A DNA stretch of 64,000 nucleotides, taken from the NCBI GenBank assembly GCA_034520945.1, contig JAXHNB010000005.1:544001-608000 (forward strand), in the 5' to 3' direction. Both the position numbers and the translations under genes were made by a program. The DNA comes from Trueperaceae bacterium (GTDB taxonomy: Bacteria; Deinococcota; Deinococci; Deinococcales; Trueperaceae). Positions 10,801-22,033 of this stretch are shown here, piece after piece. Below the pieces are notes generated by a model. That model did not search any database. It worked only from the letters and a program-made list of their open reading frames with translations, and had not been told where the DNA came from. Numbering within the stretch: the stretch's first letter is position 1; every line of letters begins with the position of its first letter.

Positions 10801-13800
10801 CGGACCGTCCAGTCGGGCACGCGCACCTCGGGGGCGTCCCCCCACGCGCCGGTCGCCTGCGCCTCGGCGTCCAGCGTGGCGTCGCTCAGGCGCACGCCGG
10901 GCAGGCCCGACAGCCACGGCGCCAAGGGGAGCCCCTCCGCGCGCGCGTCCACGTTCCAGCCGCCGGGGTCGGCGCGACCGTCCAGGGTGAGGGCGTCGCC
11001 GCTGAGGTCGAGGGTGAGGCCGCCTGGGCCTACCTGGAGGGTTCCCTCGGCGGTGGTGCTGCCGCGGAGGTAGAGGGGGCCGCCGAGGGTGGGGGCGGCG
11101 GCGTCGCCGCTCAGCTCGAGGGGGGCGCGGAGGTGGAGGGGCGGGTCCTCGTCGGGGTCGGCGTGCAGGCGCGCCTGCAGCTCGCCCCCGCCGGACCAGG
11201 TGCCCGCCCACGGCGGGCCGTGCAGGGTGGCGTCCAGGGTCAGGTCGCCCCCTGCGGGGCCGGCGCCGGCCGACGCCTCGACGCGGGCGCGCAGGCCGTC
11301 CGCCGCAGCCGCCAGCTCGGCGTGCAGTGTGGCGTCGCCCGCGGCGCCGGGCGTCAGGCCCAGTTCGGCCGTGCCGGCGTACCCGCCGCCGGCGTCCCAG
11401 CGCAGCCCGTCCGGGCCGGGCGTGAGCGTCAGGCCGAACGCCTGCAGCCCGTTGCCCTGCAATGACGCGGCGACCGGTTGGACGCCGTCCAGGTCGGCGC
11501 GGAGGGTGAGGCCCGGCAGCGACGCCCGCAGGGTGGCGGCCGTGGGGGGGCCGCGCAGGGTGACGCCGAGTGCCTGCGTTCCCACAACGCCCGGCGCGGC
11601 GGGTGGGGGTGCGTCGGGATCGGCCGGGACGGCCGCGTCCCCGTCCGCAGGTGCCACGGTGGGGGCCTCGCCCAGGCGTGCGGCGCCGCGCAGGTCCAGC
11701 TCCGGCCACACCTCGCCCGACAGGTCGGCGCGCAGCGCGGCGGGCGACCGCATCGCCAGGTCGGCCCGCTGCAGGGTGGCGCGCCCCCCGCGGACCTGCG
11801 CGGCGGCGCTGAACGTGCCGGCGACCGGCAGGCCGGCCCGGGCGGGCGCGGCGGCGTCCAGATCGACCGCGATCCCCTCCGCGCCGCTGCGGACCCCCAG
11901 CGAGGCGCGCGCGTCGGACGCCTCGGCCACCGCCACCAGCGAGCCGTCCTCGCCGCCGGCGGTGCGGACCGTGGCGGGCCCGCCCCAGGCGGTGCCGTCC
12001 AGGGTGAGGCGGCGCAGGTCGGCCGACAATTCGCCGTGCAGCGCGATCTCCGGCCCGACCGCCCGCACCTCCCAGGCCAGGCCGGGGGCGCTTCGCGTCA
12101 GGGTCGCCTCCGCCGGTCCGGCCAGCGCCCGGATGAGCGCGTCCCCGTCGCCCGTCCGCACGTCCAGCTCCACGGGCGTGCCCACCGCGCGGCCGGACAG
12201 GCGCGCGTCGGCCTGCACCTGCAGCCTGCCGTCCTCCATGCCGCCCTCGCCGCCGGGCCGGAGGCGCGCCCGCACCTCGCCGGAGGCGTCGCCGCTCAGC
12301 TCCGTGCCCAACCAGGCGCCCAGGCCGGCCAGGTCCAGGCTGCCCACGTCGGCGCGGCCCTCCAGGCCGCCGTCGCCCAGCGAGGCGGTGCCCCGCAGCA
12401 GCGTGCCGGGCCCGTCCGCCGGGTCGCGCGCCACGTCTGCTGCCAGCGCCCAGTCCGCCGTGCCCTGCGTCCCCTCGCCCTGGGCGTCGGCGCTGAGCCG
12501 CAGGATGCGGCCGGCGGGCGCGACTGCGGCGCTGGCCTGCGCCGCCCACGCGCCGTCTCGGTCCACGGTGGCGCGCAGGGTGGCGCCACGGGGGTCCAGC
12601 GCCCCGGCCGCGTCGGGCCAGGCGGCCGGGGTGGCCTGCACGTCCAGCACCACCCAGGCGTCCGCGTCCGGATCGTTCAGGTCCAGGCGCGCCTCGCCGG
12701 CCGCGCCACGGGCGGAGAGGGCGACCTGCGGGTCGGCCAGCGTGCCCGCAATGCGCACGCCCAGCGGGTGCGGTTGGCCGGCCACGCGGGCCGGCAGGGT
12801 CAGTGCCCCCGACGGCCGGCCGCCCGCCAGCCGCAGCGTTCCCCCCAGCGGGCCGCCGACCGCCACCTCCGCCAGGGTGCCGCGCACCTCCAGCCGTTGC
12901 GCCGCCAGGGCGTACGCCTCGCCGCCCAGCCGCGGCCACGACAGGCTGCCCGCCACCCGAACGTCGTCCAGCGAAGGCACGCCTCCCTCGGGGGCCTGCA
13001 GGCGCAGGTCGGCCTCGGCGCCGCTGCGGGCCTCCTGCGCCGTCACGGCCAGGTCGAGCGCCGGCCGCACCGTGCCGTCCGCCCGGCCCTGCAGCGACCG
13101 CCAGGCGCCGTCGGCCGTCAGCCGCAGGGCGGCGCCGTCGCCGCGAAGCTCCGCCTGCCCGAACGCGTCGTGCCGCACCTGCAGCGTGCCGTCCCAGGCC
13201 GGCCCCGGTCCTTCGTCTCGGCCGCGAGGTCGGCCCGGAGGCGGCCGTCCAGCCGCAGGCCCGCCAGGGCGGGCAGGAAGGTGCCGGGCGTCGCGCCCGC
13301 CGCCGTGACGTGCACGGCGCCGGGCTGCAGCGACGCGCTCAGCCCGGCGCCGCTCACCTCCAGGCGTGCGGGGTCGGGCCCCTCGCTCTGCACCTGCAAC
13401 GTGTCGTCCCCGACCGCCCACGCGCCCCGCAGCGACCAGGCGCGGCGGGTCAGGTCGACCGGTCCCTCCAGCGTGAGGGCGCCCGGCAGCTCGGCGTCCA
13501 GCGCGGCGGCGGACGACAGCACGGCGGCGGGCAGCTCGGCCTGCAGGGCGGCGGCGTCCAGCGGACCGCGCAGGCTGGATCGGGCGTCGCCGGGGCCGTC
13601 CAGTTGGAGGTCCAGCCGGGCGTCCGGGCCGAGCAGCTCGGCCCGGCCGTGCAGGCGGGCCGGCCGTGCGGTGCCGGCCTCACCGTCGCCGGACGCCGCG
13701 GCGTCGCCGGCCCCGATCTCGATCGGCAGGTCCACGTCTGCGGTGAGGCGGCCGTCCGTGAAGGCGAGGACGCTGTCGCCGAGCTCCAGCGTGGGCCATG

Positions 13801-16557
13801 CCCCGCCGTCCGGGGTCGGTCGCAGCGACCAGGGCAGGGGCCCGGCGCGGACGCCTCGCCACGCCTGGGCGGGGACGGTGCCGCCGCCGCGCAGCGCGCC
13901 CCCCTCCAGCCGCACGTCGCCCCAGGGGTGCGTGAGTTCGGCGGTGGGGTCCGTCCCCAGCGCGAGGGTGCCCGTCAGTTCGGCCGCGCCGGCGGGCGTG
14001 TCGACCCGGCCGTCCAGCATGCCGTCCCGCCACGCCACCTCCGCGGGGACGGGCCCGTCCAGCCGCAGCGTCGCCGCGCCGGTCACGCCGTCCCTGGACG
14101 CCTCCACGCCGTCCAACGTCAGCGTGCCGGTCAGCGGCACCCCCAGCGCCTCCGCCACGGGGGCCAGGGTCGCGTCGCCGTCCAGCGCCAGGCGCCACGG
14201 GTCGCGCCGCGCGATCGCCACCAGGCGGCGTTCAATGTCCGCACCGGTGCGGAGCGCCCCGCGGAACGGCTCGGCGGCGTCCAGGTCCAGCGCGCCGTCC
14301 AGGCGGGCGCCGGCCGTCTCGATCGTGACGGGGCCACGGCGGAATTCGGTGAGTTCGGCGCGGAGCTGCACGGCGCGCTGCAGCGTGACGCCCCGCAGGC
14401 GCGCCCCGGCCGGCAGGTCGGCGCGGACCGACAGGCCCGCCTCGCCCGCGTCGACCGTGATGCGTGCCGGGTCGGCCGCGACGCTCGCCTGGCCCCGCAG
14501 GGTGCCGGCGGGATCGGCGGCGTCGGCGCGGAGGGAGGCGTTCAACGGCCCGCGGGCGTCGCCCACCGCGACCGGCAGGCCGTGCAGCTCGGCCCGAAGC
14601 AGGCCGTCCCTCAGGGTCGCGTCGAGGCGGGGGCCGTTCAGCGCCAGCGTGACGCCGCGGCCCGGCGCCCAGCCGGCCTGCAGCGACGCCTCGACCGGGT
14701 CGGCCGCGACGGGCGGGACGGCCGCCTCCTCGGCGCGGAGCGTGCCGCGTGCCTGCAGCGGGGCGTCGTCGCTCGCGCCGAAGGGACGTCCGGTGATCGA
14801 ACCTTCGCTCACGGACAGGACCGCCTGGAACGGGCCGGCCCGAAGGGGGGTGGGGGCGAGGGACCAGGCGAGGTCGGCGCCGGCGTCGACCCGGCGTCGG
14901 CGTCGGTCGCGAGCGGCAGCCGCCCGGACAGCGACAGCGGCCCCAGGGCGGCCTCGATCTCCTCCAGCGCGCCGCCGCGCAGCACGCCGCGGGCCTCCCC
15001 GCGCAGGTCGGCGTCGAACTGCGCGCCGGGCAGGGACGGGGTCCACGGCGCCTCGCCCTGCAGCGCCAGCGTCCACGGAAGCTCGCTCGGGGGTCCGTCC
15101 AGGCGCAGTTCGGCGTGCAGCGGGTCCTGCCCGGCGGGGGTCCAGCCCGCCAGGCGCACCGCGCCGGTGACGGCGCCGTCCTGCCACGACAGCGCGCCGT
15201 CCACGGTTCCACCTGGCGTCACCTCGCCCTGCACCGACCCCTGGACCCCGCCGTCCGCGAGGGTGGCGTCCACCTGCAGGCGGGCGGCGTCGCCGAGGGC
15301 GCCGCGGGCGGTCACGTCGCCGCGCAGCGGGCCGGTTCGGAGGGTGGCGTCGGCGCTCAGGTCGCGGGCGGGGCCGTAGCGGGCGTCCTGCAGGCCCAGC
15401 GTCCACACCGGCTCGTCATTGCGTACGCCCGCGTTCACGGTGAGGGCGCCGCCGAGCGCCTCGCCGGTCGCGGCGGCGGACAGGCCGCCTGTGCGGGTGT
15501 AGCGCACCTCGTCGCTACGCAGCGTCAGCGGGCGGCCGTCCAGGGTGCCCTCCGCCTCCGCCCGGCCGTCGACGGTGACGTCGGTCCAGCCCGAGGCGTG
15601 GGCCCACAGGCGCGCCTCCCCGTCCGGCGTGAGGGCGGGCGGCAGCGCGTCGCCGGCGCCCCACGCCGCCACCTCGCGCAGGGGCGGCGTGGCGCGCAGG
15701 GAGGCGCTCCATGCCCGCGCCGGCACGTCGACCCGGCCGGTGGCCAGGACCGGCCCGCCCAGGCCGGTGCCGGACAGGGAGGTGCGCACCACGCCGCCGC
15801 GCAGTTCGATGGGTCCCTCGACCTGCGTCACCTCGAGGCCCACCACGGCGATCGCGCCGCCGCGTAGCTCCAGGTCGGCGCGCAGGCCGCCCTCCGGCGT
15901 GTAGGTCACCTTCCCCTCGCCGCGGCCGGCGGTCACGCCGCGCCACCAGTGCCGGCCGATGCGGGCGTCCACGTCCTGCACCTCGGCGTTCAGCGTCAGG
16001 GGCGCCAGGCCCAGCCGCGCGTCGAAGTCCAGCGCCCCCTCGTCCGTGCGCAGGCGGCCCGACGCCGCCACCCCCTGGCCGCTGCCGCGCACCTCGAGCT
16101 CCTCGGTGCGAAGGTCCGGCAGCGTCCACGGCGCGTCGTTGACCTCCAGGCGGACGCCCGCCAGGTCCAGGGCCCGCAGTTCCGGTCGGACCGGCAGGCC
16201 GCCCTGCCCGCCGCCGCCGGAATCCAGGGCGGCCGGGTCCAGCTGGACGCGGGCGCCGTCGACGGTGACCCACAACGGAAGCTCGCCCTGCAGCAGGCCC
16301 GGCAGGAACCAGCCCACCGTGGCGCGGTCCAGTTCGGCGTCCACGCCGGGGGCCCGCACGCGCGCGTCGCGGAGCGTCACCTGGCGCCAGGGGTTGCCGC
16401 CGCTGTCCTGCCAGGACAGCTCGTACCCGGCCGCGTCGGCGGCCTCTTGGGCGCGGTCCAGCAGCCAGCCGCGACCCGCGGGGGTGGCGGGCAGAAGCGC
16501 TGCGGCCAGCACCACCGCGGCCAGGAGGGTGAGGGTCAGAAGGGAACGTCTCGGCAT
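4854..16557 (-). CDS. Giant TamB/AsmA-like (DUF490 C-terminus) envelope protein, ~3,900 codons, split by two frameshifts (~14890 and ~13210)
   Basis: N-terminal TM anchor (MPRRSLLTLTLLAAVVLAAALL). Gly/Ala/Leu beta-taco-like sequence continues across three overlapping ORFs (14809-16569, 13118-15406, 4854-13421). TamB-like C-terminus (LGGTAAEPRLAG...GTFRFSGREF...GVTLRW). Confidence 0.8.
8865..11520 (-). repeat. Internal tandem duplication (~1.2-1.3 kb units) inside the TamB-like gene
   Basis: LTPGPDGLRW, WSGGGELQARLHADPD, PGGLTLDLSGDALT and DADLGVLLDGAA each occur twice (units ~10350-11520 and ~8865-10170). Confidence 0.85.
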
Positions 16558-16699
16558 CGGGGATCGCACGCGGGCGAGCCGCGTGCCTCAGCGAATGGTA
16601 GCACCGGCGGGTGAGCCCCCATGAACGGCCCTGGACGTGCCGGAGGGGCGTCGCGGGTCACCCGGCGGGCGGGCCGGCCTGCGGTAGCATGCGCGCCAT

Positions 16700-16975
16700 A
16701 TGGACCGTCCGCAACGACTGACCGCGTTGATCTCCGGCCGCGTGCAGGGCGTGGGGTTCCGCGCCTACGCCCGCCGCCGGGCGCTGGACCTGCGCCTGGC
16801 CGGCACGGCCGAGAACCTCGCGGACGGCCGGGTGGAGGTGGTGGCCGAGGGGCCCCGCAGCGAACTGGAGCAGTTGCTGATCCACCTTCGGCGCGGCCCG
16901 CCTCACGGCGAGGTGACCGACGTCGACGAGCATTGGAGCGAAGGGAGCGGCCTGCGTGGGTTTCACGTCAACTGA
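16700..16975 (+). CDS. acyP: Acylphosphatase
   Basis: [11 protein letters not shown] and [14 protein letters not shown] motifs, 91 aa. Confidence 0.96.
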   Translation: MDRPQRLTALISGRVQGVGFRAYARRRALDLRLAGTAENLADGRVEVVAEGPRSELEQLLIHLRRGPPHGEVTDVDEHWSEGSGLRGFHVN

Positions 16976-16999
16976 GCACGCCCGCACGTCCCAGCGTGG

Positions 17000-17068
17000 G
17001 GACCGAACGCGTGCGGACCGAACGCGCCAGGGCCGAACGCGCCGGCGCCGAACGCGTCTGGACCGGGC
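17000..17068 (+). repeat. 15-bp-period tandem repeat (core CCGAACGCG x4) between acyP and trpC
   Basis: CCGAACGCG at 17003, 17018, 17033 and 17048, with a degenerate fifth copy at 17063. Confidence 0.85.
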
Positions 17069-17911
17069 GTGAAGGCGCCCGCCCCCCTGCGCACGAAGGA
17101 CCTGGCGGAGGTGCCGGGCGTGCTGGGCACCATCGCGCGGGAACGGGCCGGTGATTACGCCGGCGAACGCACCCCCGACGCGGTCGCCCCGGACGGCGCC
17201 GATCCCGCCCGGCTGCCGAACGCGCTGCGGGCGCCCGGCCTGTCGGTGATGGCCGAGATCAAGCGCGGCAGCCCCTCGGCCGGCACCATCGCGCCGCTGG
17301 ACCCGGTGCGGGCCGCCCGCGCGTATCAGCGCGGCGGCGCGGCGGCGCTGTCGGTGCTGACCGAACCGCGGCACTTCGGCGGCAGCCTCACGCACCTGCA
17401 GCGCGTGGCGGAGGTCAGCGAGCTGCCGGTGATGCGCAAGGAGTTCGTGGTGCATCCCTTGCAGGTGGCGGAGGCGGCCGACGCCGGCGCCGACGGCGTG
17501 CTGCTGATCGCCGCGGTGCTGGGCCCGGCCCTGGCCGACTACCTGGCGTACGCCCGCGCCTTCGGGCTGGCCGCGTTGGTGGAGGTGCATGGCGAGGCGG
17601 AGCTGGACGCGGCCCTGGCGGCCGGCACCGAGCTGCTGGGGGTCAACAACCGCGATCTGGGCACGCTGGAGGTGGACCTGAATGTGGCGCCGCGTCTGCT
17701 GTCGCACGCGCGGGCGGCCGGATTCGAAGGCGTGAGCGTCGCGGAGTCCGGCTACGCCCGCGCCGAGGAGCTGCGCCCCCTGCGGGGCGTGGCGGACGCG
17801 GTGCTGATCGGCACCTCCCTGGCCGGCAGCGAGGACCTGGAGGTCGCGCTGCGCACCCTGCGGGAGGGCCTGGACGCCGGCGAGGAGGGCGCGCCGAATG
17901 ACCGAAGCTGA
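17069..17911 (+). CDS. trpC: Indole-3-glycerol-phosphate synthase
   Basis: AEIKRGSPSAG, LSVLTEPRHFGGS, LVEVH, GVNNRDL and VAESG motifs. Confidence 0.96.
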   Translation: MKAPAPLRTKDLAEVPGVLGTIARERAGDYAGERTPDAVAPDGADPARLPNALRAPGLSVMAEIKRGSPSAGTIAPLDPVRAARAYQRGGAAALSVLTEPRHFGGSLTHLQRVAEVSELPVMRKEFVVHPLQVAEAADAGADGVLLIAAVLGPALADYLAYARAFGLAALVEVHGEAELDAALAAGTELLGVNNRDLGTLEVDLNVAPRLLSHARAAGFEGVSVAESGYARAEELRPLRGVADAVLIGTSLAGSEDLEVALRTLREGLDAGEEGAPNDRS

Positions 17912-18611
17912 GGGAACCACGATGCGGATCCTGATCACCGGTGCCTCCAGCGGGATCGGCGCCGCCACCGCCCGGGCGCTGGCCGGCCCCGGCCGCACGC
18001 TGCTGCTGAACGGCCGCAACGAGGCGGCCCTGCAGGAGGTGGCCGCGGAGGTCCGTGGCCTGGGCGGCACGGCCGAGGCCCACCCGGCCGACCTGGGCGA
18101 CGACGCCGCCGTCCAGCGCCTGGCGGACGGGGTGCGGCAGCCGTTGGACGTGCTGGTGCACGCCGCCGGCGTGGTGGGTTTGGGGTCGGTGGCGGAGTTG
18201 CCGGTCGCGGCGTTGGACGAGCAGTACCGCCTGAACGTGCGCGCGCCGTTCGCGCTGACGCAGGCGCTGCTGCCGCGCCTGCGCGAGGCGCGCGGCCTGG
18301 TGGTGTTCGTCAACTCCGGCGCCGGGCAGCGCGCCAAGCCGGACTGGGGCGGGTACGCCGCCTCGAAGTTCGCGCTGCGGGCGTTGGCGGACGCCCTCCG
18401 CGACGAGGAGGCCGCCGCCGGCGTGCGCGTCAGCAGCGTCTACCCGGGTCGGACCGCCACCCCCATGCAGCGCGAGGTGCGCCGGCAGGAGGGCGGGCCG
18501 TACCAGCCTGAGGCGTACCTGCGGCCCGAGGCGGTGGCGAACGTGATCAAAGACCTGATCGGTGTGCCCGCCTCCGCCACCGTGCCCGACGTGTCGGTGC
18601 GGCCCGGGTGA
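17898..18611 (+). CDS. SDR family oxidoreductase
   Basis: ITGASSGIG Rossmann motif and YAASK catalytic motif. Confidence 0.93.
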   Translation: MTEAEGTTMRILITGASSGIGAATARALAGPGRTLLLNGRNEAALQEVAAEVRGLGGTAEAHPADLGDDAAVQRLADGVRQPLDVLVHAAGVVGLGSVAELPVAALDEQYRLNVRAPFALTQALLPRLREARGLVVFVNSGAGQRAKPDWGGYAASKFALRALADALRDEEAAAGVRVSSVYPGRTATPMQREVRRQEGGPYQPEAYLRPEAVANVIKDLIGVPASATVPDVSVRPG

Positions 18612-19876
18612 GGGCCGGCGGTCCCCCCTCGCCCCGCACGCACCGGCTGGACAACGGCCTGCGCGTCGCGGTGCAGCCGCTGCCGGGCGTCGCCACCGTC
18701 GCGGCGCGCCTGCTGCTCCCACTCGGCGCGGCGCACGACCCGCCGGAGCTGCCGGGCCTGAGCGCGCTGGCGTGGGCGTGGGCGGAACGCGGCGCGGCCG
18801 GCCGGGACGCCCACGCGCACGCCGACGCCTGGGCCGAACTGGGCGCCCGCCCCGGCGGGCACGCCGGCCGCGAGGTCAGCGTCCGGGCCTTCACCGCCAC
18901 CCCCGACGTGCTGATCCCGGCGCTGCGGCTGCTGGCGGCGGAGGCGGCCGCGCCGACGCTGGCGAACGAGACCTTCGCGCTGGCCCGCACGCAGGCCCAA
19001 GACGAGTTGGACGCGCTGAGCGATCGGCCCGACGCGCAGTTGGACGAGGCGCTGAATGCCCACGCGTTCCGGCCGCCGTACGACCGCAGCGCCTACGGCA
19101 ACGACGAGGGTCTGGCCGCGGCCGACGCCGAGGCGGTCCGACGCGGCTACCTGCAGCGCGCCCGCCCCGACGGCGCGGTGCTGGCCGTCGCGGGCGGCAT
19201 GCCGGAGGCGGCGGCGTGGGCGGCGGTGGAGGCGACGTTCGGCGGCTGGACCGCCCCGGCGGACCCCGCGTCCGGACTGCCCGACCTGGCGTGGGCGCCG
19301 CCGGCGGGACACGACCTGGTGGGCGGCGGGCAGCAGGCGCACCTGGGCTGGGCCTGGCCGGTCCTGCCGCCCGGTGACCCGCGCGCCGCCGCGCAGGCGC
19401 TGGGGATGGCGGTGCTGAGCGCCGGGTCGGGCGCGCGCCTGTTCCGCGAGGTGCGCGAGGCGCGCGGCCTGGCGTACGCGGTGGAGGCCGGCACCCACAC
19501 CCTCGCCGGGACGGGCTGGGCCAGCGCCTACGCCGCCACCGGCCCCGAGCGGGCGGAGGAGGCCATGTCCGTGATCGAACGCATCCTCGATGAGCTGCCC
19601 GACGGCGTGGATGAGGAGGAACTGAGCCGCGCCCGCGCCGGCCTGCGGACCCGCGAGGCCCTCACCGCCGAGACCAGCGCCGGGCGGGCCGCCCAGGCGG
19701 CGCGCGACGTGTGGCTGCTGGGCCGCGCGCGCAGCCTACGGGCCCGCGACGAGTCCCTGATGGAACCTACCGCCGAAGATGTTCGCGCCGCCCTGGCCGC
19801 CTGGCCCGAGCGGCCACCGACCCGGGTGGCGCTGTGGCCCGAGCGAGCGCCGGCCCGCGCAGGGGAGGCGGCATGA
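18608..19876 (+). CDS. M16 family peptidase, non-catalytic subunit
   Basis: LDNGLRV N-terminus, RLFREVREARGLAYAV; lacks HxxEH. Confidence 0.88.
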   Translation: MRAGGPPSPRTHRLDNGLRVAVQPLPGVATVAARLLLPLGAAHDPPELPGLSALAWAWAERGAAGRDAHAHADAWAELGARPGGHAGREVSVRAFTATPDVLIPALRLLAAEAAAPTLANETFALARTQAQDELDALSDRPDAQLDEALNAHAFRPPYDRSAYGNDEGLAAADAEAVRRGYLQRARPDGAVLAVAGGMPEAAAWAAVEATFGGWTAPADPASGLPDLAWAPPAGHDLVGGGQQAHLGWAWPVLPPGDPRAAAQALGMAVLSAGSGARLFREVREARGLAYAVEAGTHTLAGTGWASAYAATGPERAEEAMSVIERILDELPDGVDEEELSRARAGLRTREALTAETSAGRAAQAARDVWLLGRARSLRARDESLMEPTAEDVRAALAAWPERPPTRVALWPERAPARAGEAA

Positions 19877-21156
19877 CGCGCCCCGACGCGCATTCGGACG
19901 CACCCCTCGAGCGCGCGAATCACACGGCCGTGCAGCGCGAGGTGCGCACCCTGCCCGGCGGCGTGACGCTGCTGATGGAGGTGGACCCGGCCGCGCCCAG
20001 CGCCGCGGCGGCGTGGCTGGCGCCGGTCGGCTCCCGCGACGAGCCGGACCAACGGGCGGGCGCGTCGCACCTGCTGGAGCACATGGCGTTCAAGGGCCCC
20101 GCCGAGCTGAACGCCGGCGAGCTGGACCGCCGCCTGGACGCCCTCGGCGCGGACGTGAACGCCTTCACCGGCGAGGACCGCACGGCGTACCACGGCACGG
20201 TCCTGCCCGAGCACCTGGGCGCGCTGAACGAGGCGCTGGCCGCCATGCTGCGGCCCGCGCTCCGACCCGAAGACCTGGAGGTCGAGCGCGCCGTGGTGCT
20301 GGAGGAGATCGCCATGACGCACGACCAGCCGGACGACCGCGCGCTGGAGACCGCCGCCGCCCGCTACTTCGCCGGTCACCCATTGGGCCGGCCGGTGCTG
20401 GGCACGCGCGCCAGCGTGGCGGGCCTCACCCGCGACGCGCTGGACGCATGGCGCGCCCGCCACTACGCCCCCGCCCGGCTGGTGGTGGCGCTGGCGGGCC
20501 GCTTCGACCCTGACGCCGAGGCCGACCGGGTGGCGCGCCTGGCCGAAGCCCTCGCGGCCGACGGATCCACGCCCGAGCCGCGCGTCGCGCCGACGCCGCA
20601 CGCCGGCCGCAGTCAGGAGGGAGATCCAAGCGTCACCCGCGCCTACGGCGCGATGCTGGCGCCCGGCGTGGCGGCCGATGAGGAGGCGCGGATCGCGGCG
20701 GCGCTGCTGGCCCGCGTGCTGGGCGAGCCGGGCCACGGCGCGCTGCACTGGGCGCTGGTCGATCCCGGCCTGGCGGAGCAGGCCGGCCTGGACCACGAGC
20801 CGGGCGCGGGGTTCGGCACCTGGACCGGCTGGTACGCCGCCGCGCCCGACCGGGCCGCGGAGGCCCGCGCCCGCTTCGAAGCGACCCTGCTGGAGGCGCA
20901 GGACGCCCCGCTGGACCCGGCGGCGTGGCACCGCGCCCGCCGCACCCTCGCCACCGACATCGCGTTGCGGGCCGAATCGAGCCTGGGCCGCGCCCTGGCG
21001 CTGGCCGACGCCTGGCTGGACCGGCGGGCGCTGCACGACCCCCGCGCCCTGCTGGCGCGCGTGCACGCCACCGAACCCGAAGAGGGCGAGGCGCTGCTGG
21101 CGCGCCGCCCCTTCGACGCCATGCACCTGCACGTGCTGGGGCCGGCGGGGGACTGA
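19873..21156 (+). CDS. M16 family zinc peptidase, catalytic subunit
   Basis: VGSRDE...GASHLLEHMAFKG (HxxEH) and NAFTGED; ATGA overlap with the previous gene. Confidence 0.92.
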   Translation: MTRPDAHSDAPLERANHTAVQREVRTLPGGVTLLMEVDPAAPSAAAAWLAPVGSRDEPDQRAGASHLLEHMAFKGPAELNAGELDRRLDALGADVNAFTGEDRTAYHGTVLPEHLGALNEALAAMLRPALRPEDLEVERAVVLEEIAMTHDQPDDRALETAAARYFAGHPLGRPVLGTRASVAGLTRDALDAWRARHYAPARLVVALAGRFDPDAEADRVARLAEALAADGSTPEPRVAPTPHAGRSQEGDPSVTRAYGAMLAPGVAADEEARIAAALLARVLGEPGHGALHWALVDPGLAEQAGLDHEPGAGFGTWTGWYAAAPDRAAEARARFEATLLEAQDAPLDPAAWHRARRTLATDIALRAESSLGRALALADAWLDRRALHDPRALLARVHATEPEEGEALLARRPFDAMHLHVLGPAGD

Positions 21157-21259
21157 GCGGTGGCCACGGCAGGTGGACGCGCCGGCGTCGCGCGTCCTTC
21201 ACCGCGCTCATGTCGCGACGGTACCCTGCCCCATGCCCGTGCGCCGGCCCCGCCCTCGC

Positions 21260-22033
21260 ATGACGTCGTTCCACGCTGCGGACCGCCCGGCCGTACGGGC
21301 GGTGCGGGCCGGGCAGACGTCCAGGAAGCGGTGGGGTCGCGCTGCCGTGCGGCTCGCCATGATCCTGCTCGCGCCGGTGCTGCTGAGCGCGGCGCTGGCG
21401 CAGGACGACGGCGAGCCGGGCGACGGTGCCGACACCGCCGCGCAGGACGCCGCCCCGCAGGTGGCGCGCCTCACCGTCGAGGCGGCCGGCGCGCAGTCGT
21501 ACGACCTCTCCACGGGCCGCACCGTGCTGGAGGACGGCGGCACCATCACCGACCTGGAGACCGGGCTGACGATCCGCGCGCCCTACATCGCGTACGTGGA
21601 GGGCGAGTCGATCGAGGCCCGCGACGCCGAGGCCGAGACCGACGCCGGCCTGCTGCGCGCGCCCCGCTTGAGCATCGACGTGCCCGCCCTGCGCGCCCGC
21701 GCGCCCGAGGGGGTCACCTTCCAACGCGAAGGGCTGGAGGTGCGCGCCGATTCCGCCGATTACCGCCTGGACGAGGAGTTGGTGCGCTTCGAACGCCCCC
21801 GCGGCAGCGATCCCCGCCTGGAGGCGGAGGCGTTGATCTACGACGCGCGGGACGGCGACGCGCTGCTGTTGGGGCCGTACCTGTTCCAGGACGGCGCCTT
21901 CACGCTGCGGGACGAACGCAGTGATGCCGTCCTGCAGTTGCGGCCCGTCGAGGCGGAGGACGGCACGCCCGGCTACCGCGCCGCCAACACGATCGACGAC
22001 GATCTATGGGCCCGCGTGGCGCCGCTTCGGTGA
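21260..22033 (+). CDS. Exported protein, possibly LptA/OstA-like beta-jellyroll
   Basis: Signal peptide (MILLAPVLLSAALA|QD) followed by beta-rich sequence; directly upstream of LptD-like and LptF/G genes; start codon uncertain. Confidence 0.55.
   Translation: MTSFHAADRPAVRAVRAGQTSRKRWGRAAVRLAMILLAPVLLSAALAQDDGEPGDGADTAAQDAAPQVARLTVEAAGAQSYDLSTGRTVLEDGGTITDLETGLTIRAPYIAYVEGESIEARDAEAETDAGLLRAPRLSIDVPALRARAPEGVTFQREGLEVRADSADYRLDEELVRFERPRGSDPRLEAEALIYDARDGDALLLGPYLFQDGAFTLRDERSDAVLQLRPVEAEDGTPGYRAANTIDDDLWARVAPLR

Noticed and set aside
1614..15379. Very long alternative-frame and antisense ORFs (1,000-1,500 aa)
   Set aside because: Arg/Gly/Pro/Ala-rich shadow frames expected at very high GC, overlapping well-supported genes.
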